NCBI GenBank assembly: GCA_965203805.1
Contig: OZ241917.1
Span: 5,568,001 to 5,632,000, forward strand
Reading direction: 5' to 3'
Origin: Candidatus Latescibacterota bacterium
GTDB taxonomy: Bacteria > Latescibacterota > UBA2968 > GCA-2709665
DNA: 64,000 nt
The position numbers and the translations under genes were made by a program. The notes under the pieces are model-generated. The model saw only the letters and a program-made list of their open reading frames with translations, was not told the origin of the DNA and did no database searches. Numbering within the stretch: position 1 is the first letter of the stretch; every line of letters begins with the position of its first letter. Of the stretch, positions 1 to 10,226 are shown in pieces.

Positions 1-75
1 TTTCAATATGTTGACGGCCGCGGCATCGGCTTCCGGCTGCCCGACGACAGCGGCTTCCTCAAACGTGGCTGACAC
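1..75 (-). CDS. 5' end of a gene running off the window (MSATFEEAAVVGQPEADAAAVNILK...)
   Basis: GTG at 75 preceded by AAAGGAGGG; open frame to window edge; good promoter upstream. Confidence 0.55.
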   Translation of the reverse strand, partial: MSATFEEAAVVGQPEADAAAVNILK

Positions 76-176
76 TGATGACGGCCCTCCTTTATTCGCT
101 CGAAATTCACTTATAGACATGCTCGATACAACCCGGGCGAAAGGGCGCCAGGGTCTACGGCGCGAGACAGGGTTCG

Positions 177-205
177 ATAATATAAGCCTGCCCTGTGCAG
201 GTCAA
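177..205 (-). promoter_or_regulatory. sigma70-type promoter
   Basis: TTGACC-17 nt-TATTAT on minus strand. Confidence 0.6.
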
Positions 206-243
206 GGGTTTTTTTATCATCCGGCGTTTTTCGGTGGACCCGC

Positions 244-2403
244 TTACGCGGTAACGTAGATGGGACTCGTCCAGGCTTTGGCGCCATCGGTCTGGGTGAC
301 CCGGACCCAGTAGGGATTGCAGCCGTCCGGGAGTTCGGACTCCCGCCAGGTGAAGGCGGTTTCCAGTCCGGCGTTTGCCGGCGCCTGCTCGAAGACAACG
401 GCGATATCGATTCCGCCCGCGGGAATCCGGACGGGCCCTTCCGCGATTTCCCCGAAGGTGACGGTATGGGACACAATATTCGTCCGGAAGTCGATGGCTG
501 TCCCCGTCGGCCCTTCGACGGTGAGGATCACACCGTCGGCATCACCCGTGGTGACGGATTTCCAGGTCACGGAGCGGTCGGAGACCGTCTTTATCCCCTC
601 AGAGGCCGAATCGAAGGCGTATCCTTCGGCGTCGCGTATCCGGCCCTGCGTAAGGGTTAGGCCGCCGTCCCAGCGAACCAGGCGGTTTCGCGCGCGGATG
701 CGCTGCCCCGACCAGGAAATGCGGATTCGGTCTCGTGACCGGGGGACGTTCCTGGGGTATTGGTATACGCGCGTCAGGCCTCTGAATATCTCCACGCGTT
801 CGATGGGCGCCGTGCCGATCACGTCGACCGCGATTTCCGGCGGCCCCGCCGCTTTCAGGTCCGAGCCCATCGGGTGGCCGTCGGCGGTGACGTTCACGAG
901 GATTCGCTGGCCCGTGGTGCCGTAACAGCGCCGGGCCTTCAGCGCCTGCCACAGCCCGCCCCGGCTGAGTTCGGTGGCGAAAACGCATGTGAGACCACCG
1001 TACACGCCGAAGGAACCGCTGCCGGGGTACGCGGCGCCGGGCCGGCCCTTGTGGTCGTCGCTTCCGGCAGTGAACCCGACCCGACAGCCGTTTTCGAGGG
1101 CCCACCTGAGGAACCATTCGAATTCCCCCCATTCCGAGTAGACCTCCACCAGTCGCTCGAGTTCGGGGTCGTGCCAGTCCAGATTGGCGTAGCGGCCGCC
1201 CACGTGCGGCACGAGCAGGACGTCGCTTCCCTTCATCGCCCTGTAAAGGTCCGTGACGTGCAGGCAATCCGTGTGGGCGTCGGATTCGTCCGGTATGAGG
1301 ACGTGGCTGGAGCGGTGCAGGGGTCCGGCGTCTCCGGGATAATACACGTTGTGATCGCCGCCCACCGGCGTGTTTCCGGACCATTCGTACCCGACGAACG
1401 CGACAAACCGTCCGGGATCGTTCTGCGTATTGGCCTGACGTTTGATTTCCTCCCAGACGGCTTCGGTGATCTGAAAATCATTCCCCTGATGTCCTGCGAA
1501 GTCGACGAAGGCCGACTCCCGCGCGAAGCGAAAGTACGACGATACCGGATTGGTTCCCACGGTTTCTTCGCTCTGTCCGTGCAGGTCGCCCCAGAATGGA
1601 CGGGTATCCGTGCCGCTTTCGACGCACCGCAGCGGATTGCTTACGGTTTTCAGGCCCAGACGCCTGTCGGAAACGCCGATGCGAAAGATGCCGCATCCGG
1701 GGGCGCGGACGTCGTCGAACCGGCGGGTTCCCCGATCTTCCGGGCAGAAGCTGAATGTCTCAGGGAGCCCGGAAAGGCCGCCGGCATCCACCGCGACTTC
1801 GCCGGTGTAGTCCCGGCACGGGTTCCCCCACACGTCCTCCGCCTTTATTCCCACCCAGGCGGATTCGCCGGGCGCGGTTTCCGAGGCGCAGACCGCGACA
1901 AGCTTGCGGGGGGCGCCGCTGACGATCGGTACGGCGGGCGAAGGCACTTCCACGTAGACCCAGGCGCCGCACCAGTCGACGGCTACGCGGAATTCAAACC
2001 GGTCCTTGCAGAAGGTCTGCGCGCGAATTCCCGGCGACCCGCCCGATGTGTCTCCCAGGATAAGGGTGACCGTGTCGCCTTCGGCAAGCGAGTCGTCGAA
2101 GACGTCGATGGTGACGCACCGGCGCCACGGCCGCACGTAGCGCTGCTTTTCGAAGGCGGGGCGGAGCGACGCGGGTCCCGTGGTGGATACCGAGGCGTAC
2201 CCCGGCGCGGCCGGATCGTCGAACCGGGGCGCCTCCCAGTCGCTGACGTCGCGCCACGCGATCTTAATGACGCCGCCGTCATCCACGCCGTATCGGCCGG
2301 CGTGATAGACGATACGCCACGTGCCGGTTGCGCCGGCCGTCACCGGGCGGTCCGGGTAAATTTCCGCCCACCCGTAACGTTCGCGAATTTCCGCTTCGCC
2401 CAT
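244..2403 (-). CDS. DUF3604-like protein with PHP-type metal-binding domain
   Basis: 719 aa; FWGDLHGQS, GYEWS, DHNV, PHVGG, EVYSEWG, GFTAGSDDH motifs; C-terminal AWTSPIYV typical of this family. Confidence 0.75.
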   Translation of the reverse strand: MGEAEIRERYGWAEIYPDRPVTAGATGTWRIVYHAGRYGVDDGGVIKIAWRDVSDWEAPRFDDPAAPGYASVSTTGPASLRPAFEKQRYVRPWRRCVTIDVFDDSLAEGDTVTLILGDTSGGSPGIRAQTFCKDRFEFRVAVDWCGAWVYVEVPSPAVPIVSGAPRKLVAVCASETAPGESAWVGIKAEDVWGNPCRDYTGEVAVDAGGLSGLPETFSFCPEDRGTRRFDDVRAPGCGIFRIGVSDRRLGLKTVSNPLRCVESGTDTRPFWGDLHGQSEETVGTNPVSSYFRFARESAFVDFAGHQGNDFQITEAVWEEIKRQANTQNDPGRFVAFVGYEWSGNTPVGGDHNVYYPGDAGPLHRSSHVLIPDESDAHTDCLHVTDLYRAMKGSDVLLVPHVGGRYANLDWHDPELERLVEVYSEWGEFEWFLRWALENGCRVGFTAGSDDHKGRPGAAYPGSGSFGVYGGLTCVFATELSRGGLWQALKARRCYGTTGQRILVNVTADGHPMGSDLKAAGPPEIAVDVIGTAPIERVEIFRGLTRVYQYPRNVPRSRDRIRISWSGQRIRARNRLVRWDGGLTLTQGRIRDAEGYAFDSASEGIKTVSDRSVTWKSVTTGDADGVILTVEGPTGTAIDFRTNIVSHTVTFGEIAEGPVRIPAGGIDIAVVFEQAPANAGLETAFTWRESELPDGCNPYWVRVTQTDGAKAWTSPIYVTA

Positions 2404-2707
2404 TTCTGTTTTCCTTCGGGAACCCTCCCGATGCGGTTGCCGGGCGGTCCGTTCGCCGGGCGCTCCTCACGGGTTGTCGCACGTCCCCGGGAAGCCTTCG
2501 ACGGCCACGGAGATGCGCCCGGTGGCGAATCAAGATATGGCTTATTCAAAGGGGAACAAGAGAAATCAGGGCCGGGTTTCACGCGCCTGTTCCGCTTGAC
2601 CCGTATCGGCTTTCGGGTTAACTTTCAGCAGATTGCGTCGATGGTGGTACCATCCCTTCCGTCCGTCTTCATCCGTGTCCGAGTTGCCCGGCACGTGGTC
2701 ACAGCCG

Positions 2708-2992
2708 ATGTCCGAAACCCTTCCCGTGGTCAGGCTGCTGTCCAGGAACGACTGCCATCTGTGCGACGTCGCGAAAGGGCGCATCGAGTCGGCCGGAAGG
2801 CGTGTCCGGTTTCGGCTGGAGATCGTCGACATCGACAGCGATCCTGATCTGGCCGCGCGATACGGGGAACGGATTCCCGTCGTACACGTGAACGGTGAAG
2901 AGATGTTCGCTTACCGCGTCAACGAACGGGTCCTGGTGCGAAAGCTGAAGTCGCTGTCGGCCCGGCCGAGGAGAAGCTATGGGTGGGAATGA
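2708..2992 (+). CDS. glutaredoxin-like protein (DUF836 type)
   Basis: CHLC motif, EIVDID...LAARYGERIPVV; start moved to ATG 2708. Confidence 0.85.
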   Translation: MSETLPVVRLLSRNDCHLCDVAKGRIESAGRRVRFRLEIVDIDSDPDLAARYGERIPVVHVNGEEMFAYRVNERVLVRKLKSLSARPRRSYGWE

Positions 2993-4313
2993 TCTGTTCG
3001 CCGGGCTCGAACCGGAGGCGCCGCTTGCGGACCGGATGAGGCCGCGCAGCCTGGATGAGGTCCGCGGGCAGGATCATCTCACGGCGGCGGCGGCGCCGTT
3101 TCGCAAGCTGATCGAAGGCGACCGGGCGCCGTCGATGATCTTCTGGGGACCGCCCGGATCGGGAAAGACCACGCTCGCGCGTCTCGTGGCCGACTCCACG
3201 AAGAGCCGGTTCGCGGCGTTCAGCGCGGTTACCTCCGGGGTGAAAGAGGTTAGGGAAATCGTTGCCCGCGCAAAGGGGGACCGCAGGACGGGGAGGCGGA
3301 CCACCCTGTTCATCGACGAGATTCACCGGTTCAATCGGGCGCAACAGGACGCGTTTCTGCCGCATGTCGAAGACGGTACCATCAGTCTGATCGGAGCCAC
3401 GACTGAAAACCCTTCGTTCGAGGTGAACGCGGCATTGCTTTCGCGCACGCAGGTGTTCGTTCTGAATCTGCTGGACGTCCCGGCAATATGCGATATCCTG
3501 GACGCCGCGCTTGCCGGCGACGGGCGCGGGCTGCCGGACGTCAGCGCCGACTCCGATGCCCTCGAGGCGATTGCGGGCGCGGCGGAGGGAGACGCCCGAC
3601 GCGCGCTGAACGTCCTGGAAATGGCCTCGGCGTCCCTGGGCCCGGGCGAACGGTTGACCGCGGAGTCCGTCCGGGCGGCGATGGGCGGCAAGGCGTTTCT
3701 GTACGACAAGAGCGGCGAGGAACACTACAATCTGATTTCGGCGCTTCACAAGAGCCTGAGGGACAGCGATCCGCACGCGTCGCTGTATTGGCTGGCACGC
3801 ATGATGGAAGCGGGCGAACACCCTCACTACATCCTCCGTCGCATGGTCCGGTTCGCGTCCGAAGACATCGGCAACGCCGACCCCCGGGCGCTTTCCGTTG
3901 CACTCGCCGCAAGGGACGCGTACGATTTTCTGGGCAGCCCGGAGGGCGATCTGGCCATTGCGCACGCAGCCGTCTATCTGGCCACCGCGGACAAGAGCAA
4001 CTCGGTCTACGCGGCCTACGGCGAAGCACGGAAGGATGTGATGGAACAGCCGAATCTGCCCGTGCCGATGCACCTCAGAAACGCACCGACGGGTCTGATG
4101 CAGGAATTGGGATACGGACAAGGCTATCAGTATGCGCATGACGATCCGGACGGATTCGCGGCGCAGAGCCATCTTCCGGAAAATCTGGAGGGTCGGGAAT
4201 ATTACCGGCCCACCGATCGGGGATACGAGCAGCGCATCAGGGAATTGATGGACTGGTGGGACGCATTGAGAGCGCGGAAGTCGCAGCTGGAGAGCAACCG
4301 GAACGACGATTGA
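2979..4313 (+). CDS. rarA: replication-associated recombination protein A (MgsA/RarA AAA+ ATPase)
   Basis: PLADRMRP, GPPGSGKTT, FIDEIHRFN, GATTENPSF, YDKSGEEHYNLISALHKS, HLRNAPT. Confidence 0.96.
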   Translation: MGGNDLFAGLEPEAPLADRMRPRSLDEVRGQDHLTAAAAPFRKLIEGDRAPSMIFWGPPGSGKTTLARLVADSTKSRFAAFSAVTSGVKEVREIVARAKGDRRTGRRTTLFIDEIHRFNRAQQDAFLPHVEDGTISLIGATTENPSFEVNAALLSRTQVFVLNLLDVPAICDILDAALAGDGRGLPDVSADSDALEAIAGAAEGDARRALNVLEMASASLGPGERLTAESVRAAMGGKAFLYDKSGEEHYNLISALHKSLRDSDPHASLYWLARMMEAGEHPHYILRRMVRFASEDIGNADPRALSVALAARDAYDFLGSPEGDLAIAHAAVYLATADKSNSVYAAYGEARKDVMEQPNLPVPMHLRNAPTGLMQELGYGQGYQYAHDDPDGFAAQSHLPENLEGREYYRPTDRGYEQRIRELMDWWDALRARKSQLESNRNDD

Positions 4314-4442
4314 CGTTCCAGAAGTGCATCCGGGATTGTGTATAAGTTGGAGGCTGTCTCACGCAATATGAGCGCGCCGGGGGTGCTTGAGTTTTCCACG
4401 TTCCTGCGATTCATCTGAAAACGACGAGAAGGGAGGCGAAAT

Positions 4443-4496
4443 ATGAGGCTGACCGCGACATTTCACCCGACCTGTCCGCCTCCTGAGGGTTTCTGA
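4443..4496 (+). CDS. putative leader peptide MRLTATFHPTCPPPEGF
   Basis: GGGAGG RBS at 4431-4436, 17-codon ORF, followed by terminator hairpin. Confidence 0.4.
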   Translation: MRLTATFHPTCPPPEGF

Positions 4497-4540
4497 CGGA
4501 TTCATAGCCGGTTATTTCGCAACTCGATTGCCTCTCCGGA

Positions 4541-4573
4541 GCCGCGGGCAGGGTTTTGTCCCGTGGTTTTTTT
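4541..4573 (+). terminator. intrinsic terminator upstream of sigma-4 HTH gene
   Basis: GCCGCGGG...CCCGTGGT stem followed by T7. Confidence 0.6.
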
Positions 4574-4622
4574 GTGCCCGCACGCGCGGTCTGCACGTAA
4601 CACGGAGGAGACGATCGAGCTT

Positions 4623-5015
4623 ATGTATCATCCGGATTTCTGGGAAGTACGGCTGGAACAGCGCGAACTGGAAGCGGTTCCCAACGAGGACGGCCTCTGG
4701 TTCGAGTCGCGGGAAGACAGGCGGCTGCGATACGTGCGGGAGGACCGGGTCGCGGCGGCGGCGTTGCGGATTCTCACCGCGGCGCCGGGTTGTCTGACGG
4801 AGAAACAGAGAGAGGCGACGCTGCTGTATTTCTGTCACGGGAAGACCCAGCGCGAAATCGCCGAGATTATGGGAATATCCAGGCGCGTGGTCAGCCAGCA
4901 CCTGTTCGGCATTACCCGCGGCGGGCGGAAAGTCGGTGGCGCGGTACGCAAACTGCGGAAATTCTGTGAGGATGAGGGGTTGGGATTCGGCGTCCGCGAA
5001 TCCGCATCGTCCTGA
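4623..5015 (+). CDS. sigma-70 region 4 type HTH protein
   Basis: LTEKQREATLLYF...GKTQREIAEIMGISRRVVSQHL; GGAGGAG upstream of ATG 4623 (start uncertain). Confidence 0.75.
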   Translation: MYHPDFWEVRLEQRELEAVPNEDGLWFESREDRRLRYVREDRVAAAALRILTAAPGCLTEKQREATLLYFCHGKTQREIAEIMGISRRVVSQHLFGITRGGRKVGGAVRKLRKFCEDEGLGFGVRESASS

Positions 5016-5030
5016 ACGTCGCCCGCATTG

Positions 5031-6233
5031 TCAGACCGCCCATTTTTTCATTTTATCTTCGTCGAGTTCAACGCCCAGCCCGGGCATTTCGAACGGTTCC
5101 AGCGTACCGTCCCGGTACCTGAACGGCGTCTTGCAGACGTCGTCCACCAGGAGGGCGGGCCCGACGAGGTCCGAGGGAACGGTAACGTTTTCGGAAGCGA
5201 CAGCGAGGTGCACGAATGCGGCGGTGCCGGGTCCCATCTCCACGGTGCTGCCCAGCAGCACGGGGATACCGGCGGCCTGCGCGACGTGGATCAGGCGCTG
5301 GCTGCGCAGGATGCCGCCGGCCTGGGAAGGGATCAGGTTGAAGACGTCCACCGCCCGGCGGCGTACGAGCGCCGTGGCGAAGCCATCGTCGAGATCCGCC
5401 ACGTGTTCGATAATCTGGACGGAGGTCTGTTTCCTGACGCGGGCCAGAGAACAGGCCGCTGCATCGGCGTTCCTGTTGATCCGTTCGGGGTGGTCGTTGG
5501 CCACGGCGCGATTCACCGCGACCACCGGGGTTTCGCATGCGTCGATGCCGGCGGCGGCCATATCCCGGATTTTTGCAATGGCCTCGTCCTCTTCCCAAGC
5601 GCCGCTGGCATCGGCCTTCAGATAGACGTCGGGGCCCGCCACCTCGCGGAAGCGCGCGATACGGTCCAGGTCGCGTGAGTGATCCTCGCCGACTTTCAGC
5701 TTGAATGCGCGAAGTCCCCGCGAGGCCATGCTCCGGATTTCCTCTTCAAGCGCGGCGAGTTCTTCGTGCAGCGAGAGGGCCCGCCGCATATAGGCGACCC
5801 AGCAGACGTCGACGCGTTCGTAGCGGCGCCCGCCCAGGAGTTCGAAAAGGGGGGCGCCGTAGTCTTTTCCGGCGAGGTCGAGCAGAGCGATCTCCACGCC
5901 GAACAGGATGAGACCCCGGAGTTCCGGGTGGATGCCCGCCGGCAGTTCCGCGGCGACACGTGCGTGCAACGCGTGGCGATCGGCGACGTCTTCGTCCTTC
6001 AACTCCCGCAAGAGGAAATCGCGCAGATCGGCGCCCGAGAGCGGGTTCATGCGGTCCGCAATGTCCGGGACTTCGCCCAGCCCGACGTGCTCCGTATCCG
6101 TGAAGAACTCCAGAATCTGATATCTGGATCGACTCAGGTCCTCGTCGGGTTGGAGGCCCCGCGGGTCTGCGGCATAGGTGGTGTAGATGCGCGGAACCGA
6201 GACTTCCCGCACGTGGATGTCGACGATCTTCAT
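5031..6233 (-). CDS. mandelate racemase/muconate lactonizing enzyme family
   Basis: ALLDLAGK...PLFELLGG, FKLKVG, acidic metal ligands, MPGLGVELDE. Confidence 0.88.
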   Translation of the reverse strand: MKIVDIHVREVSVPRIYTTYAADPRGLQPDEDLSRSRYQILEFFTDTEHVGLGEVPDIADRMNPLSGADLRDFLLRELKDEDVADRHALHARVAAELPAGIHPELRGLILFGVEIALLDLAGKDYGAPLFELLGGRRYERVDVCWVAYMRRALSLHEELAALEEEIRSMASRGLRAFKLKVGEDHSRDLDRIARFREVAGPDVYLKADASGAWEEDEAIAKIRDMAAAGIDACETPVVAVNRAVANDHPERINRNADAAACSLARVRKQTSVQIIEHVADLDDGFATALVRRRAVDVFNLIPSQAGGILRSQRLIHVAQAAGIPVLLGSTVEMGPGTAAFVHLAVASENVTVPSDLVGPALLVDDVCKTPFRYRDGTLEPFEMPGLGVELDEDKMKKWAV

Positions 6234-6251
6234 GGATGCGTACCTCCCGGT

Positions 6252-6590
6252 TCATACAGGGCCGGTGACGCCGAGCTGATTTCGCGAATACGAGAGGAGG
6301 GCGGCCGTAATGATGCTGGCAATGAGCAGCACCCCCGCCGGCATCAGCTTTCGGGTCCTGATGAACCGGCTCAGCGAGATCCCGGTAAGCAGTAGGGAAA
6401 GCATCAGACCGATGAGTAAACCCGTTGCCGGATCGGTCTGCCCGGTCCACCAGGCGTAGAGCGCAACCAGGCCGCTGATGCCGCCCGCGGCGAGCGAGAC
6501 CGAACTGTCCGACTTGAGCTTGCCCATCATGCCGCCCGCGATCAGCAGGATGCCGTATAACGCCAGGACGGTTTGCGCGAGTTGAAGCAT
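6252..6590 (-). CDS. TMEM14 family membrane protein
   Basis: YGILLIAGGMMG...SVSLAAGGISG...RFIRTRKLMPAG. Confidence 0.85.
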   Translation of the reverse strand: MLQLAQTVLALYGILLIAGGMMGKLKSDSSVSLAAGGISGLVALYAWWTGQTDPATGLLIGLMLSLLLTGISLSRFIRTRKLMPAGVLLIASIITAALLSYSRNQLGVTGPV

Positions 6591-6615
6591 GGGTACCTCC
6601 GGTGATGGTTGAGAT

Positions 6616-7620
6616 TCAGCCCGTGCGGTATTTTTCCACCGTCGCCATATCCAGCTTCACGCCGAGCCCCGGTGCTTCGGGCAGAATGAAGTGCCCGTCT
6701 TCTACGACCAGGGCGCCGTCCACGACGTCGGCCACGCGGGTGAACGGCAGTTCGTCGCATGGCAGGGTCGCGTTGGGTATGGTGGCCTGTACGTGCACGG
6801 AATAGGCCGCGAGGACCCCCAGGCACAACCCCCCCATCTGCACCCAGCAGGGCACGTCGTCGGCCTCCGCGAGGGAGGCGGCCTTCTTCACCTGCTGCGC
6901 CGGTCCCCCCAGGTTGACGTAGTCGATGCATTCGGCCTTCAGCGCGTTCAGTACCCCGCCCGGCGGCCCCAGGTGCAGCGCGATGGGGATATGTGTCTTT
7001 TCGCGCAGGAGGCGGTACCAGTCCAGGTTGTTCTTTCGCACGGGATCTTCGAAGTTGGCGACCGTCCCGAAGGGTTCCAGTTCGCCCGCCAGACGTGCGG
7101 CGACGCTGGGTCGCTGAAAGGCGGTATTGGGATCGACGCCGACGGTGTAATCGGGCCCGGCGGCGTCTTTCATGAGCCGGATCGTTTCCACGATGTTCCA
7201 CGGGCGCGCCTTGAGCTTGTGGTTGGTGAAGCCCAGACCGGCGCCGACCCCGGCTTCGGCCGCGGTCTCCTCGGGCTGCATGGCGCAGGACCAGTAGGAA
7301 ACGGGGATGCGGTCGCGGACCTTTTCGCCAAAGAATCGCCAGAGCGGGATGCCGTATGCCTGTCCGGCGACGTCCAGGAGCGCGCACGTGAAGGGATCGG
7401 GATGCGCGAACGGATCCTGGGAAAGGGCATCCTGCCCGGTGAGCGCGGCGGCTGCTTCCGCGAATTGCGCGGGTTCGCCCTGGCATTCGCCGATGCCCTC
7501 GATGCCGCCGTCGGTGTGGATGCGGCACAACGTGATGGAATAGATTTTGGGATGGTATCTTGCAATGGGCGGAACAGGCGGAATTTCCACTTCGAACAGG
7601 TCGACTTCGGTGATTTTCAC
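6616..7620 (-). CDS. mandelate racemase/muconate lactonizing enzyme family
   Basis: GTG 7620 with AAAGGAGG RBS; GIEGIGE, HKLKAR, VDPN, FEDP, APGLGVKLD. Confidence 0.88.
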   Translation of the reverse strand: MKITEVDLFEVEIPPVPPIARYHPKIYSITLCRIHTDGGIEGIGECQGEPAQFAEAAAALTGQDALSQDPFAHPDPFTCALLDVAGQAYGIPLWRFFGEKVRDRIPVSYWSCAMQPEETAAEAGVGAGLGFTNHKLKARPWNIVETIRLMKDAAGPDYTVGVDPNTAFQRPSVAARLAGELEPFGTVANFEDPVRKNNLDWYRLLREKTHIPIALHLGPPGGVLNALKAECIDYVNLGGPAQQVKKAASLAEADDVPCWVQMGGLCLGVLAAYSVHVQATIPNATLPCDELPFTRVADVVDGALVVEDGHFILPEAPGLGVKLDMATVEKYRTG

Positions 7621-7667
7621 TGCGGGCCTCCTTTGAAACGCGCGAGCCGTCCATCGGTCTCTACGGG

Positions 7668-9170
7668 CTACCGGTTTCGGGTTCGCAGACACTGCCTGAC
7701 GGCCGCGAGGCAGACTTCGACGACCGTGTCCGTATTCATGACGAGCGCGTGCACGTCGTCGCGATTGCCGGACATTTCGATGAGAAAGGCGGCCGGCGTG
7801 CCGCGCTCGGCCGCGTAGGAGATGCAATAGGGTTCGGGTGGGCGGAATCCGGTAATGCGGTCCATATTGACCTGCTGGTACGCGCCGGCGTACGGCTTCT
7901 GGGTCAGAAAACGGTCTTTCAGGCGGTCCCGGATATCGGCGTGAATCGCTGCGAGCAGTTCGCCGTCACCCTTGTGGGGCAGCATCATGATATAATCGGC
8001 TGTATGGAAGTCGATCACGCAGAGCGGCCGGCGTTCGTCGATGATTCGCTGGATGACCCGGGTCTCCCGTTCGGACGCGGGTTTCGTGCCCATGTAATTG
8101 TAGTCCCAGGGCATCCGCACGTCCTGCGTGTATTGGAAGTTCTCCCAATTGCAGTCGAAGTTGCGGTTCAGGTCGACCCCCCTTGAGTTCTGGCGGGTGA
8201 ACCGGTCGAATCCTCCCGGGTTCTGCACCGGCAGCATCTTGAAATGCAGTCTCCTCGTGTTCATCCCTTCCACGTCCGGATTCCGGCACAGGACTTCCGC
8301 AAGGCGCAGCAGGCCGTACGCGTTCTCCCACTCCCATCCGTGGATGGCGGCCCCGAAACACATGGTGGGGTTGGTTTCATCGCCGACGTTCAGGGAGTAG
8401 ATCGGCCTGCCGTCGCTGGAACGTCCTTCGTCCTCGACGTGGAGGTCCGGGACCTGTTCCGCGGTGTCGAACATCAGGTCGACGAAACCGTCGTAGGAAA
8501 GGCGTTCCGGATAGTGTTTTCCGTAATGGACGGCGTTATTGACGATATTTCCGAGGAAGAGGTATTTGTTCGTGCTCCCCCAGGAATTGTACCACGGGCG
8601 CACCGGCGATACGAGGTCCATCGCCACGATGCGGCCGTCTCCGACTTTCTCTTCCAGCATGACGGCGCCGCCGTTCAGGTTGGAGACGCCGAGAACGGTG
8701 ACACTTCCGGAAGTTTCCACGCCCATGATCTGACGCTGGAACATCTGGTTGGCGTAGGTCTGGTCCGGTGCGCTGGTGACGGTGCCGTACCACCATAAGA
8801 CGTCGCCGACGGCGTAGCCGCGGGTCACGTCGTTTTCGATTTCGATGCGCATTTCCGGACGGATCCGGTCCTGCACGTGGGTCTTGCTGAAGTGCAGGCC
8901 GCGGTTGCGCGCGTACTCGAACAGGCAGGAGATGACCTGCCCCCCGGAGTCCGCGAATGCGGTGACGGCGTGGTAGTCCAGATTCCGCAGGTTGCGCCCG
9001 TCGTTCACCACGGTGACGACGAATTCATGCTCGCCGAGAATGCCTTCGTCGTGAGGATCGTTCACGAAGTTCAGGCGTCTGACCTTGCCCGGGTACAGAA
9101 CGTCGAGATCGGCCGCGATCGTTCCGCCGGGGCCGTCCGTAAGCAGGAGGATGTTCTGATCGGATTGCAT
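7668..9170 (-). CDS. M14 family zinc carboxypeptidase with N-terminal extension
   Basis: IHGWE (HxxE), NPGG, RQNSRGVDLNRNF, IDFHT, FLIEM. Confidence 0.8.
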   Translation of the reverse strand: MQSDQNILLLTDGPGGTIAADLDVLYPGKVRRLNFVNDPHDEGILGEHEFVVTVVNDGRNLRNLDYHAVTAFADSGGQVISCLFEYARNRGLHFSKTHVQDRIRPEMRIEIENDVTRGYAVGDVLWWYGTVTSAPDQTYANQMFQRQIMGVETSGSVTVLGVSNLNGGAVMLEEKVGDGRIVAMDLVSPVRPWYNSWGSTNKYLFLGNIVNNAVHYGKHYPERLSYDGFVDLMFDTAEQVPDLHVEDEGRSSDGRPIYSLNVGDETNPTMCFGAAIHGWEWENAYGLLRLAEVLCRNPDVEGMNTRRLHFKMLPVQNPGGFDRFTRQNSRGVDLNRNFDCNWENFQYTQDVRMPWDYNYMGTKPASERETRVIQRIIDERRPLCVIDFHTADYIMMLPHKGDGELLAAIHADIRDRLKDRFLTQKPYAGAYQQVNMDRITGFRPPEPYCISYAAERGTPAAFLIEMSGNRDDVHALVMNTDTVVEVCLAAVRQCLRTRNR

Positions 9171-9194
9171 GGTGAATGCCGGTTGCCGGCCCGG

Positions 9195-10226
9195 TCACGA
9201 ACGATCGTCCGGTGGTCCCGTGAACGCTGCGGGGTTGACGACGTTTCTGAGCGGCTGGCCGAGCAGAGCCCTTCTGCAGATCTCGGCGGTACTGGTGCGC
9301 AGGTCCGCCAGGCTCTGCTCCGAGTAGAAGGCGGAATGCGGCGTCAGGAGCACGCGGTGGTGCGCGGGGTGGGCCGGGTCCCGCCAGGCGACGATGAGTG
9401 GATCATCCTCATCGAGCTGTTCCCATTCGAAAACGTCGATCCCGGCCCCCGCCAGACGACCGGATGCGACGGCGTGCGGGATCGACGACGTGTCAACGAT
9501 CGGGCCGCGGGCGGTGTTCACAAGGTACGAGCCTTCGGGCATGAGCGCGATGGCTTCGGCGTCGATCAGGTGGCGGGTCTCGTCCGTCAGCGGGCAGTGG
9601 ATGCTGAGCGTGAAGGCCTGCCCGAGGGTTTCCTCCAGGGTTTCCACGCGACGTATTCCGAGGGCCTTGGCGTATCCGTCCGGCTTATACGGGTCGTAGA
9701 AACAAACGTCCATCCCCAGCGCCTTTGCGCGCAGGGCGGCCGCGGTGCCGATCCGGCCCAGTCCGACGATCGCGAATACGCTGCCGCGGATGCGCTGCAG
9801 GGGCGCCGCCTGGGAGGGAGACCAGGGTCCCCGGGCGGCGCGCAGCCGGGAGTTGAGAAACGCAACGCCCCGGATCATTGAAACCGCCATGCCGACGGCC
9901 GCATCGGCCACGTCTTCGGTGCCGTAGTCGGGCACGTTGCAGACGGGAATGCCCAATTCACGCGCGCGGGCCACGTCAACATTATCGAAGCCGACGCCGC
10001 CCCGGGCGATGACTTTGCAATTCCGGAGGCGGTCCAGGGTCGGCGCGGAAATCACGATATAATGGTAGGGTATGATGGCGTGGGCGGTTTCGATCCGGCC
10101 CGCGAGTTCGTCTTCCCGGGTCGCGTTCAGAACCCGGACGTCTGCAACGTCGCGAAGGATTTCCCTCTCGAGATCGGGATTGGAGATGAAATCCGTGATG
10201 ACGACGTCTAATTTGCGTCTGGTCAT
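9195..10226 (-). CDS. D-2-hydroxyacid dehydrogenase (CtBP-like)
   Basis: GVGFDNVD, GLGRIG, LVNTARG, GIDVFE, TPHSAFYS. Confidence 0.92.
   Translation of the reverse strand: MTRRKLDVVITDFISNPDLEREILRDVADVRVLNATREDELAGRIETAHAIIPYHYIVISAPTLDRLRNCKVIARGGVGFDNVDVARARELGIPVCNVPDYGTEDVADAAVGMAVSMIRGVAFLNSRLRAARGPWSPSQAAPLQRIRGSVFAIVGLGRIGTAAALRAKALGMDVCFYDPYKPDGYAKALGIRRVETLEETLGQAFTLSIHCPLTDETRHLIDAEAIALMPEGSYLVNTARGPIVDTSSIPHAVASGRLAGAGIDVFEWEQLDEDDPLIVAWRDPAHPAHHRVLLTPHSAFYSEQSLADLRTSTAEICRRALLGQPLRNVVNPAAFTGPPDDRS

Noticed and set aside
760-2847. Long ORFs antisense to real genes (also 2919-4172, 15690-17435, 19468-21216, 21483-23060)
   Set aside because: Shadow frames of high-GC genes with no recognisable motifs
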